A stretch of 64,000 bases of DNA from Massalongia carnosa (taxonomy: Eukaryota): positions 1,054,001 through 1,118,000 of the forward strand of contig OZ287076.1 in the NCBI GenBank assembly GCA_965645245.1, in the 5' to 3' direction. The notes below the pieces were generated by a model. That model searched no databases. It worked only from the letters and a program-made list of their open reading frames with translations, and was not told the DNA's origin. The translations under genes were made by a program, and so were the position numbers. The stretch's first letter is position 1, and every line of letters starts with the position of its first letter. Positions 1 to 12,624 of the stretch are shown here, in pieces.

Positions 1-1
1 A

Positions 2-1759
2 ATAGCAATTAGGCTCGCTTCCGGTGGATACAGGTTACTGGTCAAAGGAGCTGCCGAAATACTTCTTGCAAAGGCTTCGCGAAGTCTTGTCGATGTATCG
101 AAGGAATCGCTGGAGGAGTGCCAACTCTCGGCTTCCTCGAGATATGATGTAGCGTTGCAAATTGAAGATTTTGCCTCCAACTCGCTGCGTACAATCGCCA
201 TGCTGTACAAAGACTTTCAGCAATGGCCACCGGCAGGAGCTGATACCTTAAAGGGCGATGCTTCGATGGCTGTTTTTGAGGACGTTTTTGAAGACATGAC
301 GTTTCTATGCGTTGTCGGTATCCAGGATCCCTTAAGAGATGGAGTCGCGCAAGCAGTCAAGAAATGCCAAGATGCAGGCGTTGTGGTGCGAATGGTCACC
401 GGAGACAACGTCACGACAGCTAGTGCGATTGCGGCACAATGTGGCATCAAAACCCCCAACGGGCTGGTCATGGAAGGACCCAAGTTCCGGCAGATGTCTG
501 ATGAGGAAATGGATGAAGCCCTGCCTCGACTTGAAGTTCTCGCTCGCTCTTCTCCAGACGACAAGCGCATTCTCGTCTCCAAGCTCAAACATCTCGGCGA
601 AACGGTGGCAGTCACCGGCGATGGGACAAACGATGGCCCGGCGTTGAAAACTGCAGATGTGGGTTTCTCGATGGGAATCGCGGGCACCGAAGTCGCCAAA
701 GAAGCCAGCGCTATCATCTTGTTAGACGACAACTTCTCCAGCATCGTCAGTGCCATTATGTGGGGACGATCAGTCAATGATGCCGTGGCGAAATTTCTCC
801 AATTCCAAATCACCGTCAACATTACGGCCGTAGTCCTGGCCTTTGTCTCTGCCGTTTCATCCCCAGATTCTCATTCCGTCCTTTCAGCCGTCCAACTCCT
901 CTGGGTCAACCTCATCATGGATACCTTCGCCGCACTCGCCCTCGCAACTGACACTCCAACCGAGAAGATTCTCGACCGAAAACCTACCCCCAAACGGGCC
1001 GCTCTCATTACCGTGAACATGTGGAAGATGATTATCGGCCAAGCCATCTACCAACTCGTTGTAACCTTCACGCTCTATTTCGCCGGCTACTCCATCCTCG
1101 GCTACAGCTCCCAGGTTGCGCATGCGGCCCCAGCAGCTCGTGACGAACTTGCCAAACTTTTACGCACAGAACTCAACACCATTGTCTTCAACACCTTTGT
1201 TTGGATGCAAATCTTCAACGAATTCAACAACCGCCGTCTCGACAATAAACTCAACATCTTCGAGGGCGTACACCGTAATTACTTCTTCATCGGCATCAAC
1301 GCCATCATGATTGGCGGGCAGATCATGATTATATTTTTTGGCGGCATGGCCTTTCAAATCCGTCGCATCGGCAGCACCCAATGGGCCATTTGCATTTGCT
1401 GCGCGCTTCCCTGTCTTCTCTGGGCCGTCATTCTCCGCTGCATCCCCGACAAATATGCCGTTGCACTCTTCACCTTTGCAACGAATCTCTACCTGGCAAT
1501 CGCTCGACCTATCATTCGATTCCTTTCCATAATACTTTCGCCCTTTGCCAGGGCCTGGAAAGCCGTTTCGACCGCCGTCCTTGCGCCGGTGAAACGCGCC
1601 TCCACACGGGCTGTCGACAGGCCGTTTAGGCGAAAATCAACCAATGATGAGCGCGAGGCTACGAAACATGCGGACGAAGAGGCTGGGGAGATGAGCGCGC
1701 AGATCTCGGCGGGGTTGCCAAGGCAGCCGCCGCCCATAATACTTACGACAGTTCCTTGA
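2..1759 (+). CDS. PMC1: P-type IIB (PMCA/Pmc1-like) Ca2+-transporting ATPase, 3' part; the gene begins upstream of the window
   Basis: The frame is open from base 2 (YRLLVKGAAEILL). It carries the P-type motifs GIQDPLR, MVTGDN, VLARSSPDDK, VAVTGDGTNDGPALK and LLWVNLIMDT, plus the PMCA-specific MQIFNEFNNR. Confidence 0.93.
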   Translation: MAIRLASGGYRLLVKGAAEILLAKASRSLVDVSKESLEECQLSASSRYDVALQIEDFASNSLRTIAMLYKDFQQWPPAGADTLKGDASMAVFEDVFEDMTFLCVVGIQDPLRDGVAQAVKKCQDAGVVVRMVTGDNVTTASAIAAQCGIKTPNGLVMEGPKFRQMSDEEMDEALPRLEVLARSSPDDKRILVSKLKHLGETVAVTGDGTNDGPALKTADVGFSMGIAGTEVAKEASAIILLDDNFSSIVSAIMWGRSVNDAVAKFLQFQITVNITAVVLAFVSAVSSPDSHSVLSAVQLLWVNLIMDTFAALALATDTPTEKILDRKPTPKRAALITVNMWKMIIGQAIYQLVVTFTLYFAGYSILGYSSQVAHAAPAARDELAKLLRTELNTIVFNTFVWMQIFNEFNNRRLDNKLNIFEGVHRNYFFIGINAIMIGGQIMIIFFGGMAFQIRRIGSTQWAICICCALPCLLWAVILRCIPDKYAVALFTFATNLYLAIARPIIRFLSIILSPFARAWKAVSTAVLAPVKRASTRAVDRPFRRKSTNDEREATKHADEEAGEMSAQISAGLPRQPPPIILTTVP

Positions 1760-2608
1760 AATCTTAGTGTTAATATTATTTTTCACACCGGCGTTGGCTT
1801 GGACGTTTGGGGGGCGGGGGAAAAACTGGACCCCGTTTATTGGATTAGCTAGCGTTTTTGCATCTCGGGCATATATACTAGGTGACTCATTTCCATTGGT
1901 GGGTGGGTGGCTGGTTATCGCATTCAATACAGCATGGCTTGCATGGAACACGGCATTAGCGACGGCGCTGACAGAAAGCAACAAATGTTGGGATACGGGC
2001 GGCGGGTATTTTCTTCTTCTTTTCCTTTTGTTATCATTAGTACGACTTGGTCCCCCTGCGATGGGGGAGCGTCGGGGCGTTACGTTGAGAAACTTGGACG
2101 AGGCGTACGCGCCTCGTCTTGAGGGAGGCATCGGTCGAATTTCCACGCGGAAGGACCGTGCAAGTTAGTTAGGTCTCCCGCAATAGTACTACACAATATA
2201 CCACACGTTACCAATCAGTCTTACCGAGCCTCGTTCTGAACCCTTTCCAAAGCTAGCTGGCTGTCTTTACCTTTGTCCCCTTCCGCTCCTTGCCTTGTTC
2301 TTTCACGTCCCCATGTGGTTCGCATGCACGCATACCTACCTACCTATCTACTCGTAGGCACTGGCAGGGTTGGTCATTTACCTATCCCCACCTCATCTCC
2401 ACTCTCTCCCCTCACCTAAACCATACAGCTTCCTCCCAACTACTCACGCCCCACGCCCCACGCCCCACGGCCCCCAGTATTGGCGGTTGCGAGGTGGGGA
2501 AATGGTGGATAGACAGATGACGATGATGGGATTGTAGGAGGTAGGTAGGTACGGTATGGGATGGTACTCATAGAGGGAGATGAGGAGGAAGGAAGGAAGG
2601 AAGAAGAC

Positions 2609-2803
2609 GAAGAAGAAGAAGAAGAAGAAGAAGAAGAAGAAGAAGAAGAAGAAGAAGAAGAAGAAGAAGAAGAAGAAGAAGAAGAAGAAGAAGAAGAAGA
2701 AGAAGAAGAAGAAGAAGAAGAAGAAGAAGAAGAAGAAGAAGAAGAAGAAGAAGAAGAAGAAGAAGAAGAAGAAGAAGAAGAAGAAGAAGAAGAAGAAGAA
2801 GAA
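2609..2803 (+). repeat. Perfect (GAA)n microsatellite, about 65 units
   Basis: Uninterrupted GAA run, preceded by a few GGAA units. Confidence 0.98.
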
Positions 2804-3239
2804 GAGGGGGAATGTGTTGTTGGAAAAATGTATGGCGGGAGGGGGGGGGGTAATATTAAAATACAAAGTTTCCGCCACGTTCGCTGCATCTTGCCCCAAT
2901 TGTTAACTACGCGTTGAATACTTGATGGGATTTGAAGAAAAGAGAGAAAAAAAACACCCCTCTCGCGACGCGCGATCAACAGGAACAGAATTAAATAAAT
3001 TTGCCCATCCAACGGCCAAAGGATGAACAGAAGCCTGATAAGTCACCATGCAAAGGTCCCACCCCCAAACCAAAAATTGACTGTCGGCGAGTCTCACGTA
3101 CATGACAAAATCCAAGGCCCTTACGAGACGTTACGTCAAAACTGGATTCTAAGCAAAGATTTAGTTGGGCGATATTCAGATCGCTCGCTCGCTTGTGGTC
3201 AGAGGGGGTGGAGCCTTGCTTCGTTATGAAGCGGCAGCC

Positions 3240-4250
3240 TCAATGATTGGTTTCGAACCACTCCGGCCGGCGAGCGCTGATGCCTCCTAGAAAATTGCGG
3301 TGGACCTTGCAAGGTATATCCGACTCATGCTCGTGCAACTTGCACAGCTTTCCATTCCTCTCCCACGCCGTCGTCCCTTTACCCCTACAGTTGCGCTTGA
3401 GAGTCTTTGCGTGCAGCGCCACCATAAAGTCCTCGTTGACGCCGTCCAGCCCCCCAGCCCCGGGTTCTGCCAAGAAGTGATTATCACACGCGAGACTGAC
3501 AATGGCCTTGCAAAGCACTGATTCAGCCGGAAGGTTTTTCCAGGCAAGGTTTATGCCTACAGCGGGCCGCTCCAGCCATAATGGGCGGCGAGGCTTAGAT
3601 TTCCAAAACATGAAAGCCTTACCTACCTCGGTCTCGATCTCACCGGTGGAGCCGTAGGTTTCGATCAATGTGGAAATGATGATGTCTTTGAGGCCATGCA
3701 CGCGCAAGTCGTTGGCCAGGATGTAGAAGTGAACCAAAGCCGACAAAGGCGCATCACGATACATCACGAGAGCAATGCCAAGGACATGTGCACCATAGTG
3801 CAGAACCAATGTTTCTGGTTCTGATGGTTCTGTTCTTATCCCACTATAGACCGCGCGTCTGAGTTGTTCGATGTTGGGAGTCTCGTTGGTTGGGTAGAAG
3901 TATCCTTTCAGCTGTTGGGTATAGAGCCAGTGCACGAACCATGCAAAAGTGATTGGTTCCTGCTCCGGGAGTCGGAGGAGGACAAGGCGGCCGCCTTGTT
4001 CAGAGCTTTTATCAAAGAGATTTTGGATGTATTCAGACTTTTCAAGAAGGGTATCGTGTACTTCAAAGCAACGCTCCTTAGTACCCACTATTACAGTCAC
4101 CATAAGTTTATATTTAAAACTGGCGATTGGTCAAAGAGTTGTAGCAAGGCTAAAATTCAGCAATGGGATGAGAACTTACATTGGTTCCCGAGGCGGTTTG
4201 AGTAAAGCAAAAATCCGGTCTGTGTCAGTTTTTGCCTGCTGATCGGACAT
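3240..4250 (-). CDS. BTB/POZ-domain protein, two exons
   Basis: Fungal BTB pattern VTVIVG..CFEVHDTLL..SEY, LPEQEPITFAWFVHWLYTQ and LVHFYILANDLRVHGLKD, ending in CKLHEH. An upstream exon (ATG at 4250, MSDQQAK..EP) joins in frame through a GTAAGT..CCAG intron at about 4120-4179. Confidence 0.8.
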
Positions 4251-7200
4251 TGCGACGTGAAATATAAATGTTGATCAAACCTACGATGATCCCTCTTGAG
4301 GTAATTGAATCAAGATAGACGGTCACAAGGATGCTTATCTGCCAGATGGTGGAGAGTCAAGAAGTAATGGACTTGTGGGTCTGACGACGACCTATTTGGC
4401 TTTCGGGGTGATTTGTCCATTTCGTTTAGGGATAGAATTAAGGAGGGAATGGAGAAACAATCAAGCGGATTAGCGTACATCATGAACACTAATCACCTCT
4501 AAGATAGGTCTGTTCTTCAGAGCCCGAGACCCCTGCTGAACGGCTCAACGACACATCAGGTTGATCATCGTGAAACTCTTCTTGATTCTTCTTGTTCTTG
4601 GGCTCCCTGCTAAGGAGGACCGTCTGTTCCCATAAGAGAGATGGATCTCGGAATGGAATTCAACTAGGAAAGGCTTCTCTAAAACTGGAGCAATAGAGTT
4701 GAAATGCTAACAATAGAACATGGTAGGGCGATTCAACGCGGCATATAAAAACTTGAAGCAAACCTTGGCTGATTTGCAATGTCTTTCCAACATCTTCTCT
4801 CTTTCTCCACTTTGTATGTGATTGCAAGGTCTTTTTGATAACTCTTATTTAGGCGAAAGAGCACACCAAAAAGTAAAGTCCCAGGGGAAATATTGAGACT
4901 GAAGACCAACGAGTACGGAAGGACTTGCGCAAGGCCAACCATTCAGCGTTGTCCTCCGAGGAGGGTATGGTATGAAGATAAATAATAGCATATGTCTTGG
5001 AGATATGGGCTAAACTTTACCATCTAGAGATCCTTGAGTTCCTTCTCATGGCCATGTACGGTGGTATGTGGTGTCCGCAGAAAAGTATCGGACTTGATTC
5101 GAATAAGCTTAATCTTATCTTCTATATAGGTTATGTCTTGGCGATCAAGCTGAGTATCGATAGATAGACTGGAATCAAAATTCTTGACGGTGTCATCAAC
5201 CCAAGTTTTGCTAGAAAGATCGAAAGTTTTATCATAGACGTATCTTTGTTTTTCCTTAATTGAATGTTGATAAGGCGCATGCATACCTGTAGCCATCATC
5301 GTAAATAGTGATCCGAGTAGGGCCAGCGGTTTCATCAACCTTGGCATTCACAAAGTGGTACTCCTTCTCGACAACTCAAGGTTCACGGCTTCCTGCAAAA
5401 GTGCTCCGCTAACGAAGCTCCTGGATTACAGCGGGCAGGAAAGAATCCTAGGAAACTTGCGTTCCCTTCTCGTCCTTACAAACCCTCGTCAGCAAGACGA
5501 TAGTTATATCGCGGTGTGTAAGACTGATAACGTTAATAGCGTTAGCACCTTCGGCTTCGAAGGGGTTTCCACAGCCTACGCCTTGCCACCAATCCCTTAC
5601 TACGATTTTTTTTGCTATCAATGCCCGTTCATAAATGCCTCTTCGCCTCTTACTCCAAGTTGCATAGATAGCGGAATGAAAATCAACAGACTGAGTGGCT
5701 CAATAAATACTCCAATGAGTTATGCAACGTATAGTTAACCACCTTCGGCAGAAGGTCGCCCCGAGTACCTGAACTCTTTACAATTAAATTCATGGCTAGA
5801 GATCTTGGGAACTGATGGAATTTCTGGCTGGCAGGAGATGCTTCCTTTTTACTCTGAACGAGTTGCTTGCGAGCCCTACAGCATGGGGTGTACATGCCAG
5901 CAACGAGAGTTTTAGTACGACAGTCAGCGTCAGCAGTTCATTAAGTATGAGAATAAATGACCACCCATACCCTCTTCTTGCTTCGATAACTAGACACGTT
6001 TCCATAATTGAGAGTTTGTGTAAAAAGGCTTTTGAGTGCTAAGCCTTTACAACGATGTTTCGAAGTTCAACAGTCAGAAATCATAGTATCGGACAGGCTT
6101 TGACTTGAAAGGTCAAAAGCATTCCATGATCAGTTTTTGCTATTTGCTTGATCTTGTACCTAGAGACATGAATGGACACGTTGGTAACTAGTTATGTACT
6201 TACTGCCGCAATAGCCGCCTCTATGTAGTCAGCCGCACCGGATTTTCAACTCAATCCTGCAGGCCTGATGCCTACCAAGCCTATCCCTAACCATCTAACC
6301 ACCCAACCATCTCACCATCTCTAATCCTCCCGTAACGCATTTCTATCTAAATAAGAACACAGTTATCCCGTTATGCGATTTACTAAAGAAACACTCATGA
6401 TATCCTTCCGGTAATGAGTATCAATCTACTTAGCACCCCTCTATAGGACTCTATACTTGTTAGGCAATGGCGGAGGTTAACAACTCTTCCTTCACTTCCT
6501 TCGCTTCCACTTATATTCCTATGGTTGAGATCTTCCGGAAAAACCAACCTTGAGCAATATCTGTATGGGAAGTCTCAAGATGTGCAACAGCCTGAGCGGA
6601 AGCCTAATTGAAAACCACTCCTAGAGATTCTTATGTTGAACAACTGCTTTCACAGTACTGCCATTACATTGCCGGTTAACTATTAAGGCATACCACTTCA
6701 TTGATTGGAAGAAGAATCCTTTTGAGTCCAGGCTCACCTTTGTTGAATGTGATTCATGAATCCTCTTTGCCATATTTCGCTACTTTATTTTGGTCTCTTC
6801 CCACTTCACACACGTTCGTGCAAATGAAACAACCAACTCATAGGGCGTTATGGACTGGTTCTTAAGTCTTGTTTTCTTTTCGGTTCCATTGGTATATTCG
6901 GTGGATGAAGTGGCCGATAGAGTATCAAATGGAGTAGTAAACGAAGAATTAAGCCGGAAAAAAGACACGAATGGATAGATATCCAAATTAGTTATCAAGA
7001 AATTTCATTTAAGAAGTCGAAATGATGAGGTGAATAACAAACCAAGTTACATAACAAGATCTCGAATAACAGCATGCTTGCTTAGAAATACGAATACTGT
7101 GCAGCTGCTTCATCTACTGCTTTTTTTGCCACTTGTTGCTTCCATTCCCATGCCTCCGACTTCATCTGCTACTCCAATACAGCTCCACTTACTATTTCAC

Positions 7201-7615
7201 CCGCAATTCTGTTTGCTGATCACTTTGCCGTCCCTCAATTAGAAGTAAGGTTCATCAGCTACCGAATCAAAGTTTCCTGAGTAGTTCAGTTTAGTCCCTT
7301 GTTTCCATTTACTTTTTTTTACACACTTCATCTCAAATCGGTTCTGTGACCACCCTGGACATATTGAATTACCTCATCCAAAGTCCCTTTGCAGTTTGAA
7401 CGAAAAAATACTTTTAAGTGTTTAGATTTCGCTCCTATTGTTAATACTCCTAAACGTCTTGATGCTACCTCAATAACCCAGCGGCTTTGTGATAAGTAAC
7501 AAACTTTGCATTTTCAGCCATATAGGAAAAACTTAGCGAAACTCTTTAGGATTGCTCGTTTAAGTCAACTCTTAATATCACCAACCAGTCATAGACAGGA
7601 TTTAAAAATTGACTC

Positions 7616-8692
7616 CTATAGCGAGGCACTTGGCCCGACTTCTAGCTTGGTGACTAGCTTGCCCATGTTTCCGCCTTCGAAGAGCTTCATCCACGTCTCT
7701 GGGATGCCCTCGAATTCTGTCTTCACCACCGTCTCATTCTGATCGCCAACCGTAATTTTCCCTTCCTTAAGCGCCTCCCTAAGCTCTTTTATTGCTTGCG
7801 GCCCCTTCCCCTGCGCTAAGAAATCTAGGATGATGAATCCTCGGATTTCGAGTCGCATGGAGATGACTTCAAGCCAGCTCTTTAGTCCCTTTGGGGTCGA
7901 CTCATTATATTCTGCAACGGCACCGCAGGCTGCGATGCGCCCGAACCGCGCCATGCGACGCAGCATCAGGTCCAGTATCTCGCCACCCACATTGTCAAAA
8001 TAAACATCTACAAAGCCCTCCGTGGCCTTGTACAGCTCCTTTTTGAAATCAGGGTTCTTGTAGTTCAAACACACATCGGCTCCCAAAATCTCAACCCACC
8101 TGCACTTTTCGTCGGTGCCCGCCATTCCGATCACCCGCTTGCAACCTAGCAGTTTCTTCGCGATCTGCACGACCATACTCCCCGTCGCGCCAGCTGCCCC
8201 GGACACCACGACAGTGTCCTCAGGTCCCGCGCGCACGATTTCCTTGATACCGTAGTACGCCGTCAAGCCCGGCACGCCTAATGCCCCGAGGAAATGGGTG
8301 ATAGCCACGCCCGGAATTTTCTCCACCGGCGTACATGCCTTGGCGTCCAATACGGCATACTCAGTCCATCCCATATAAGCAGTGACGAGCGTACCTTTAG
8401 GTATGTGATTAGCTCTAGATTCGACAACTTCGGCGATACCGCTAGCGGCCATACAGGCGCCTTCGGGGACTGGCGGAGCATATGAACGGTCGGCCCTGGC
8501 GTGTTTGGAGATCCAGCCGCGCTGAGCCGGGTCATTAGAAAGATAAAGAGTTTTGATAAGGACTTTATTTTCGGCGAGAAAGGGAAGATCGGTGACGATG
8601 CGTCTGAAGGTCGCTGAGGGTCCTGCGAGGACGGGGAGGTCGGTGGGTTTGTTTTGGAGAATCCATTGGTGGGTAGACTTCGGTGTTGACAT
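7616..8692 (-). CDS. NADP-dependent medium-chain oxidoreductase (prostaglandin/alkenal reductase, PTGR1/YfmJ-like)
   Basis: Single 358-aa ORF with LYLSNDPAQR, LGALGVPGLTAYYG, VVSGAAGATGS, DVYFDNVGG, RIAACGAV and GGNMGKLV. Confidence 0.92.
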   Translation of the reverse strand: MSTPKSTHQWILQNKPTDLPVLAGPSATFRRIVTDLPFLAENKVLIKTLYLSNDPAQRGWISKHARADRSYAPPVPEGACMAASGIAEVVESRANHIPKGTLVTAYMGWTEYAVLDAKACTPVEKIPGVAITHFLGALGVPGLTAYYGIKEIVRAGPEDTVVVSGAAGATGSMVVQIAKKLLGCKRVIGMAGTDEKCRWVEILGADVCLNYKNPDFKKELYKATEGFVDVYFDNVGGEILDLMLRRMARFGRIAACGAVAEYNESTPKGLKSWLEVISMRLEIRGFIILDFLAQGKGPQAIKELREALKEGKITVGDQNETVVKTEFEGIPETWMKLFEGGNMGKLVTKLEVGPSASL

Positions 8693-9361
8693 TTTGATTG
8701 CTGAACTTCTTTGGAAAAGGAGGAAAAGCCAAGAGAAGATGATCGAAAGAAAAAATGAAATACATCGTGATCAACAGTGTCTCATTAAGACTTCCTGGAG
8801 GGATGACGGATACGCCGAGACGCCCGTTTTGCCCACCCAACTATGTCGTCATTCTGCATCGGCAACATCCTATTCAGGACGTTTCCTCTATCCCACTGTC
8901 CTATGCACGTCGTTACTTCATCATCTGTCGTCACATCCAAGTATCACAACAATCAATCGTTTTATCGTCGTTGCTGCAAATGCCGGACACTTAGAACAAA
9001 GGCCGACCTTATTTAAAAATAGACGAAGATTTTACGCTAATCCTAAAATAAAACAAAAGGCAGCTATTCAGACTCGGAATCGCCGCCGCGTCACGCAACG
9101 GGAGAGTAAGAATTGCTGATATGAAGCTTCTGGATAATGGCAACCCAAGTTCAATCGAATGGCTGCGTGGGTTTTCAGCATCCAAATGATATCAGAATGG
9201 CTAACCCACTAGTCAGCTCTCCATCATTCGACTTAACTCGTACTTGTGATATATGCGCTCGACACTTTGGAAAGTGGGGGCTTACGATCACAACCCTCCT
9301 CTAGAACTCACCTTCTCCTTAAATAGCTCTACCGGTATTTTTACCAAGATAACTCTTCACA

Positions 9362-10693
9362 ATGACAACCGAAAGTCGCCAAGATTTCATTTTGACGTCC
9401 GTCAACGACACCCGCATGAAGAACCATGAAGATCAGGAGCCGGATTTCTCGGAACTTTCGGACGACCACATTCCATCACTGCTTGACGAAGCAAAGCAGT
9501 GTTACTTAAACTCATCAGATCATCCCGATTTCCTACAAGGGAAATCCAGTCGAGCTGCTCCAGGGACCCGAATAGTCGTAAGACCGGCAATCAATGGCAA
9601 ACCGGATAGAGATCGTGAGGTTAATGTGGTTTCTCGTTCCTGGGACGAGAAGAGCTGTTACTGGACTCTAGATATGAACGGGGAGCGCTTGATTGTGAAG
9701 AAATTGAGTGGAGGGTCGGGAGGCTCTACGTATAAGGAATGGGGAGGTCAAGAGCTTGGATTCAAGCAAGAAGCCATTGCCTTTGCTAAAGTGCGAAAAT
9801 CTGCTCGCACCCATATTGATGACAAGCTTTCTTCAAGCCAGGGTGATGATGAAGATTTTAAGGCCTATACACACCCCCCTCTTCGTCACACGGTACAAAA
9901 AATCGAAGGGGTGTTGACTAAAGATGATAATCGGGAGCAGAGCTTCACAGGTCTGATCTCTTCAGATCTACAGAGTCGCATAGCAACAAGGGCTACGGTT
10001 GGGCCTGCGTTGGAGAGTAATTTACCTAGTGCCTCTAAAATTAAGAAGGCTGCCCGTGACATGCATCTGAACGGTTCACGTTCTAGCTTCATGAGCAACA
10101 ATATTGCTCAAAAAATCTACCGAGATATCGCACAACGGTCCAGAAAAATATCGTTGTATAACGATCTGTCAGGCGTTCGGTTGAAACCCTCTAACATTCA
10201 ACCGATGAAGCGCTCGGTGAGCCGCGCCTCGTCTCCGGAGTCTTCATCTAAGTTGGACCCTGTTTCGCTCCAGTCAAGCAAGCGTCAAAAATCGAGAACG
10301 AGTATGTACCAAACAGTCGAAGCGTCACCTTTTGAGGACAACCATTCTCCTCAACCATCTACGGATTCTTCTAATTTTGATCGCAAAGGGGTTAATATCT
10401 CTGTGTTCTTCCCTCCGCTAGACTATTTTATTCCAATCAAAATCACTAAAGGTATGACGCATGCTCTATTCTTTGCTTTAGTCTTGGGTGCTTTTCATCT
10501 TGAGAAACGCAAGGAAGATGTCAACGCTTTGATCGTAACAATTTCCAGCCTCGTTGACGGTGATCCCGCTCGTTTCGGAGTGCTACGGGAAGATCAGGGC
10601 ACCTTTGATTTCTTTCTTGAGAGGCTTCATCAGTTACCTTCTTTCGAAAAATGGGAATGCCCTGTGAAAGTAGAAATTACGATGAAGACCTAA
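9362..10693 (+). CDS. Hypothetical protein, paralogue 1 of a local family (N-terminal YWT domain, disordered basic linker, beta-grasp-like C-terminal domain)
   Basis: Intact intronless 443-aa ORF. Both terminal domains align by eye with 14313..15773; the N-terminal domain also aligns with 16672..18251. Confidence 0.85.
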   Translation: MTTESRQDFILTSVNDTRMKNHEDQEPDFSELSDDHIPSLLDEAKQCYLNSSDHPDFLQGKSSRAAPGTRIVVRPAINGKPDRDREVNVVSRSWDEKSCYWTLDMNGERLIVKKLSGGSGGSTYKEWGGQELGFKQEAIAFAKVRKSARTHIDDKLSSSQGDDEDFKAYTHPPLRHTVQKIEGVLTKDDNREQSFTGLISSDLQSRIATRATVGPALESNLPSASKIKKAARDMHLNGSRSSFMSNNIAQKIYRDIAQRSRKISLYNDLSGVRLKPSNIQPMKRSVSRASSPESSSKLDPVSLQSSKRQKSRTSMYQTVEASPFEDNHSPQPSTDSSNFDRKGVNISVFFPPLDYFIPIKITKGMTHALFFALVLGAFHLEKRKEDVNALIVTISSLVDGDPARFGVLREDQGTFDFFLERLHQLPSFEKWECPVKVEITMKT

Positions 10694-11520
10694 AGAGCTG
10701 CGACACGGACATTTAGTCTGAAGATGCCGGATCGCGGGAGGGGGAAAGTGGGTATTTGGCGTCTAGCTCGTTGGACGTGGATGATACTGTAGGGAAGATG
10801 ATCGAAGCTTTTCGACATGGCTTATTCCCTATTGGATAGATTTCCAGGAAGCAGGGATATAGAAACTGCAGTGAACGCTAGCCATAAGTACGTCAGAGAG
10901 ATTCAATCATACCTTCATGGCAGCAGGCCGTTGATTCTACCATGATTGACTAGGAATATTCAGAATTTAACGCAGCCCAAAGAAGCCACCAGCTATCAAT
11001 GTCTGTATTGGAAAAGCTCACTAGGACTAAAGGCTCATCAACCCATCCTCATCCTATTCCACATCGTGGGAAAAATCTGTGTCCTCCAGTCATCCAGCCA
11101 CCCAAGCACCCAATCACTCAATCTTTCGCCCACAAATCATCTACCTAACTAGTGATCCAATCACCGATCCCACAATCCACTCTCCATGCAATCCTCAGCC
11201 CCTACTGTTTCGCTCTCTATCAGCGCTTCTTCCTTCAACATTCCAATTGCGTGGATGATCAAGTACGATAGATGAGTAGATACCTGGTTGGACTGCTGGA
11301 TAAAATACCGAGAGAGAAAGATGCTTATCACGGGACGAGCGGCTAGAATGAATGACCGGATGGGTGACTCACTCGATGAGTACCTAGACAATGTCTTTAA
11401 ACGGGAACGTAGGTGTACATACACCTCTCATAGTGATCGGACCAACAACTAAGTATAAAGTAAGATGACTAGCAGGAACTAAGTGCATCACGGTGCATAT
11501 CCATCCGTGCGTCTATTGAG

Positions 11521-11995
11521 CTACCTATCCTTTGAGTAAGTTGCCTCAAGCACATTGGAAATAGGCGATCCGGGCCCAAGCCTCCCCCGGATGCCCTGAC
11601 TGACGCCATATCCTGCTTCTTCATGAACGTGTTCTGCCACTTCCTCGTGCATCTGCGTCAAGGCGTTCTCGGCTGGGGATCGAAGGGAAGTAGGGTGGTG
11701 GTTGGCTGGGGCTGGTTCTATAGGGTGGCTGTTCATCAAAAACGGATTGGCGTGTCTCTTTGCGCAAACCACCTCATGGTTCCTGGAGATTCTCGGTAAT
11801 GTACCCCAGGCGCTGTTCTAGATGCATCGCTCTATCCATAAACACTTTACGTTTTCACTGGTCTTGGAGTAAGCCTCTGTATTTTTGTCCTTTGCATCAG
11901 CTTCAATCCTCTCCAGTTCCTTGGTCACTTGATAATAAAACTGATGAGTAGGCCGTGAAGCCTCGCGATATTTTTCACGGATTTCCCCCGCTGCT
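11521..11995 (-). pseudogene. Fragment of an uncharacterised fungal family (REASRPxHQFxYQV...ENVKxxWIExxIW motif) with an in-frame TAG
   Basis: The minus frame reads REKYREASRPTHQFYYQVTKELERI..SENVKCLWIERCI*NSAWGTLP. The TAG at 11818-11820 sits where I recall a Trp in this family. Confidence 0.5.
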
Positions 11996-12624
11996 GCGAA
12001 AGGTCACTTATGTTTCGTAACGCTTACCATGTATCTAATCCTCGTCTCTTGGCAAATTGGCTTTTGTTGGTACTGACGACGAGGTAAAGAAAGAATCACC
12101 AGGATCGAGGGCTTTTGCAACATTTATATAATGGACCCGAGAAAGTTTTTGACTTCCCCATTGTGTCCCCGATTCTTTTGCTTTCGCTCTTGCAAAAGCT
12201 TCCAAACGCCTGGCAAATTGGTTCAATCCATCTCCGCCAAGGGAAAAGGTTCAGGATAGCGATGTTTTGTCCCCCTGGCGTTTAGAGAGACTGCAAAGAA
12301 GAAAGAAAGAAAACCCTGCTGCAACTGTCGGTGTGGTGATCGAGTTAGGCGATGGCCCATTCTGTGTTTTTCTTTTTGCAACACTACAGATCTTATTTTG
12401 TATCTATGGAAGATCTGCCTTTTTGCATTCCAAACAAACTTTCATGAGACGTCTTTGCCAGTATAGACCAATCGGGTCATCTTTCCTGCTTCATCGAAGA
12501 TATATATGATGTATATAAAACATTCTCATTCTCCTCTGCAAGGCACACAACTCCCTTATCTAGTAGGCCCAGCAATCCAAATTACTCATCCTCTTCAAGA
12601 GAGCAGCAGCTTCCGTAGGATAAA

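Noticed and set aside
217..2168. Antisense and overlapping ORFs on PMC1 and its 3' region (likewise over other real genes)
   Set aside because: These are shadow ORFs of GC-rich coding sequence with no independent evidence.
2440..3012. Poly-Ser, poly-Phe, poly-Glu and poly-Lys ORFs
   Set aside because: These are translation artefacts of the GAA microsatellite.
4733..6042. Short minus-strand ORFs suggesting a decayed gene
   Set aside because: Protein-like in places, but I could not build a consistent model or recognise a family.
6280..6330. Telomere-like CCCTAACC/ACCATCT repeats
   Set aside because: Only one CCCTAA unit; the rest is irregular low-complexity sequence.
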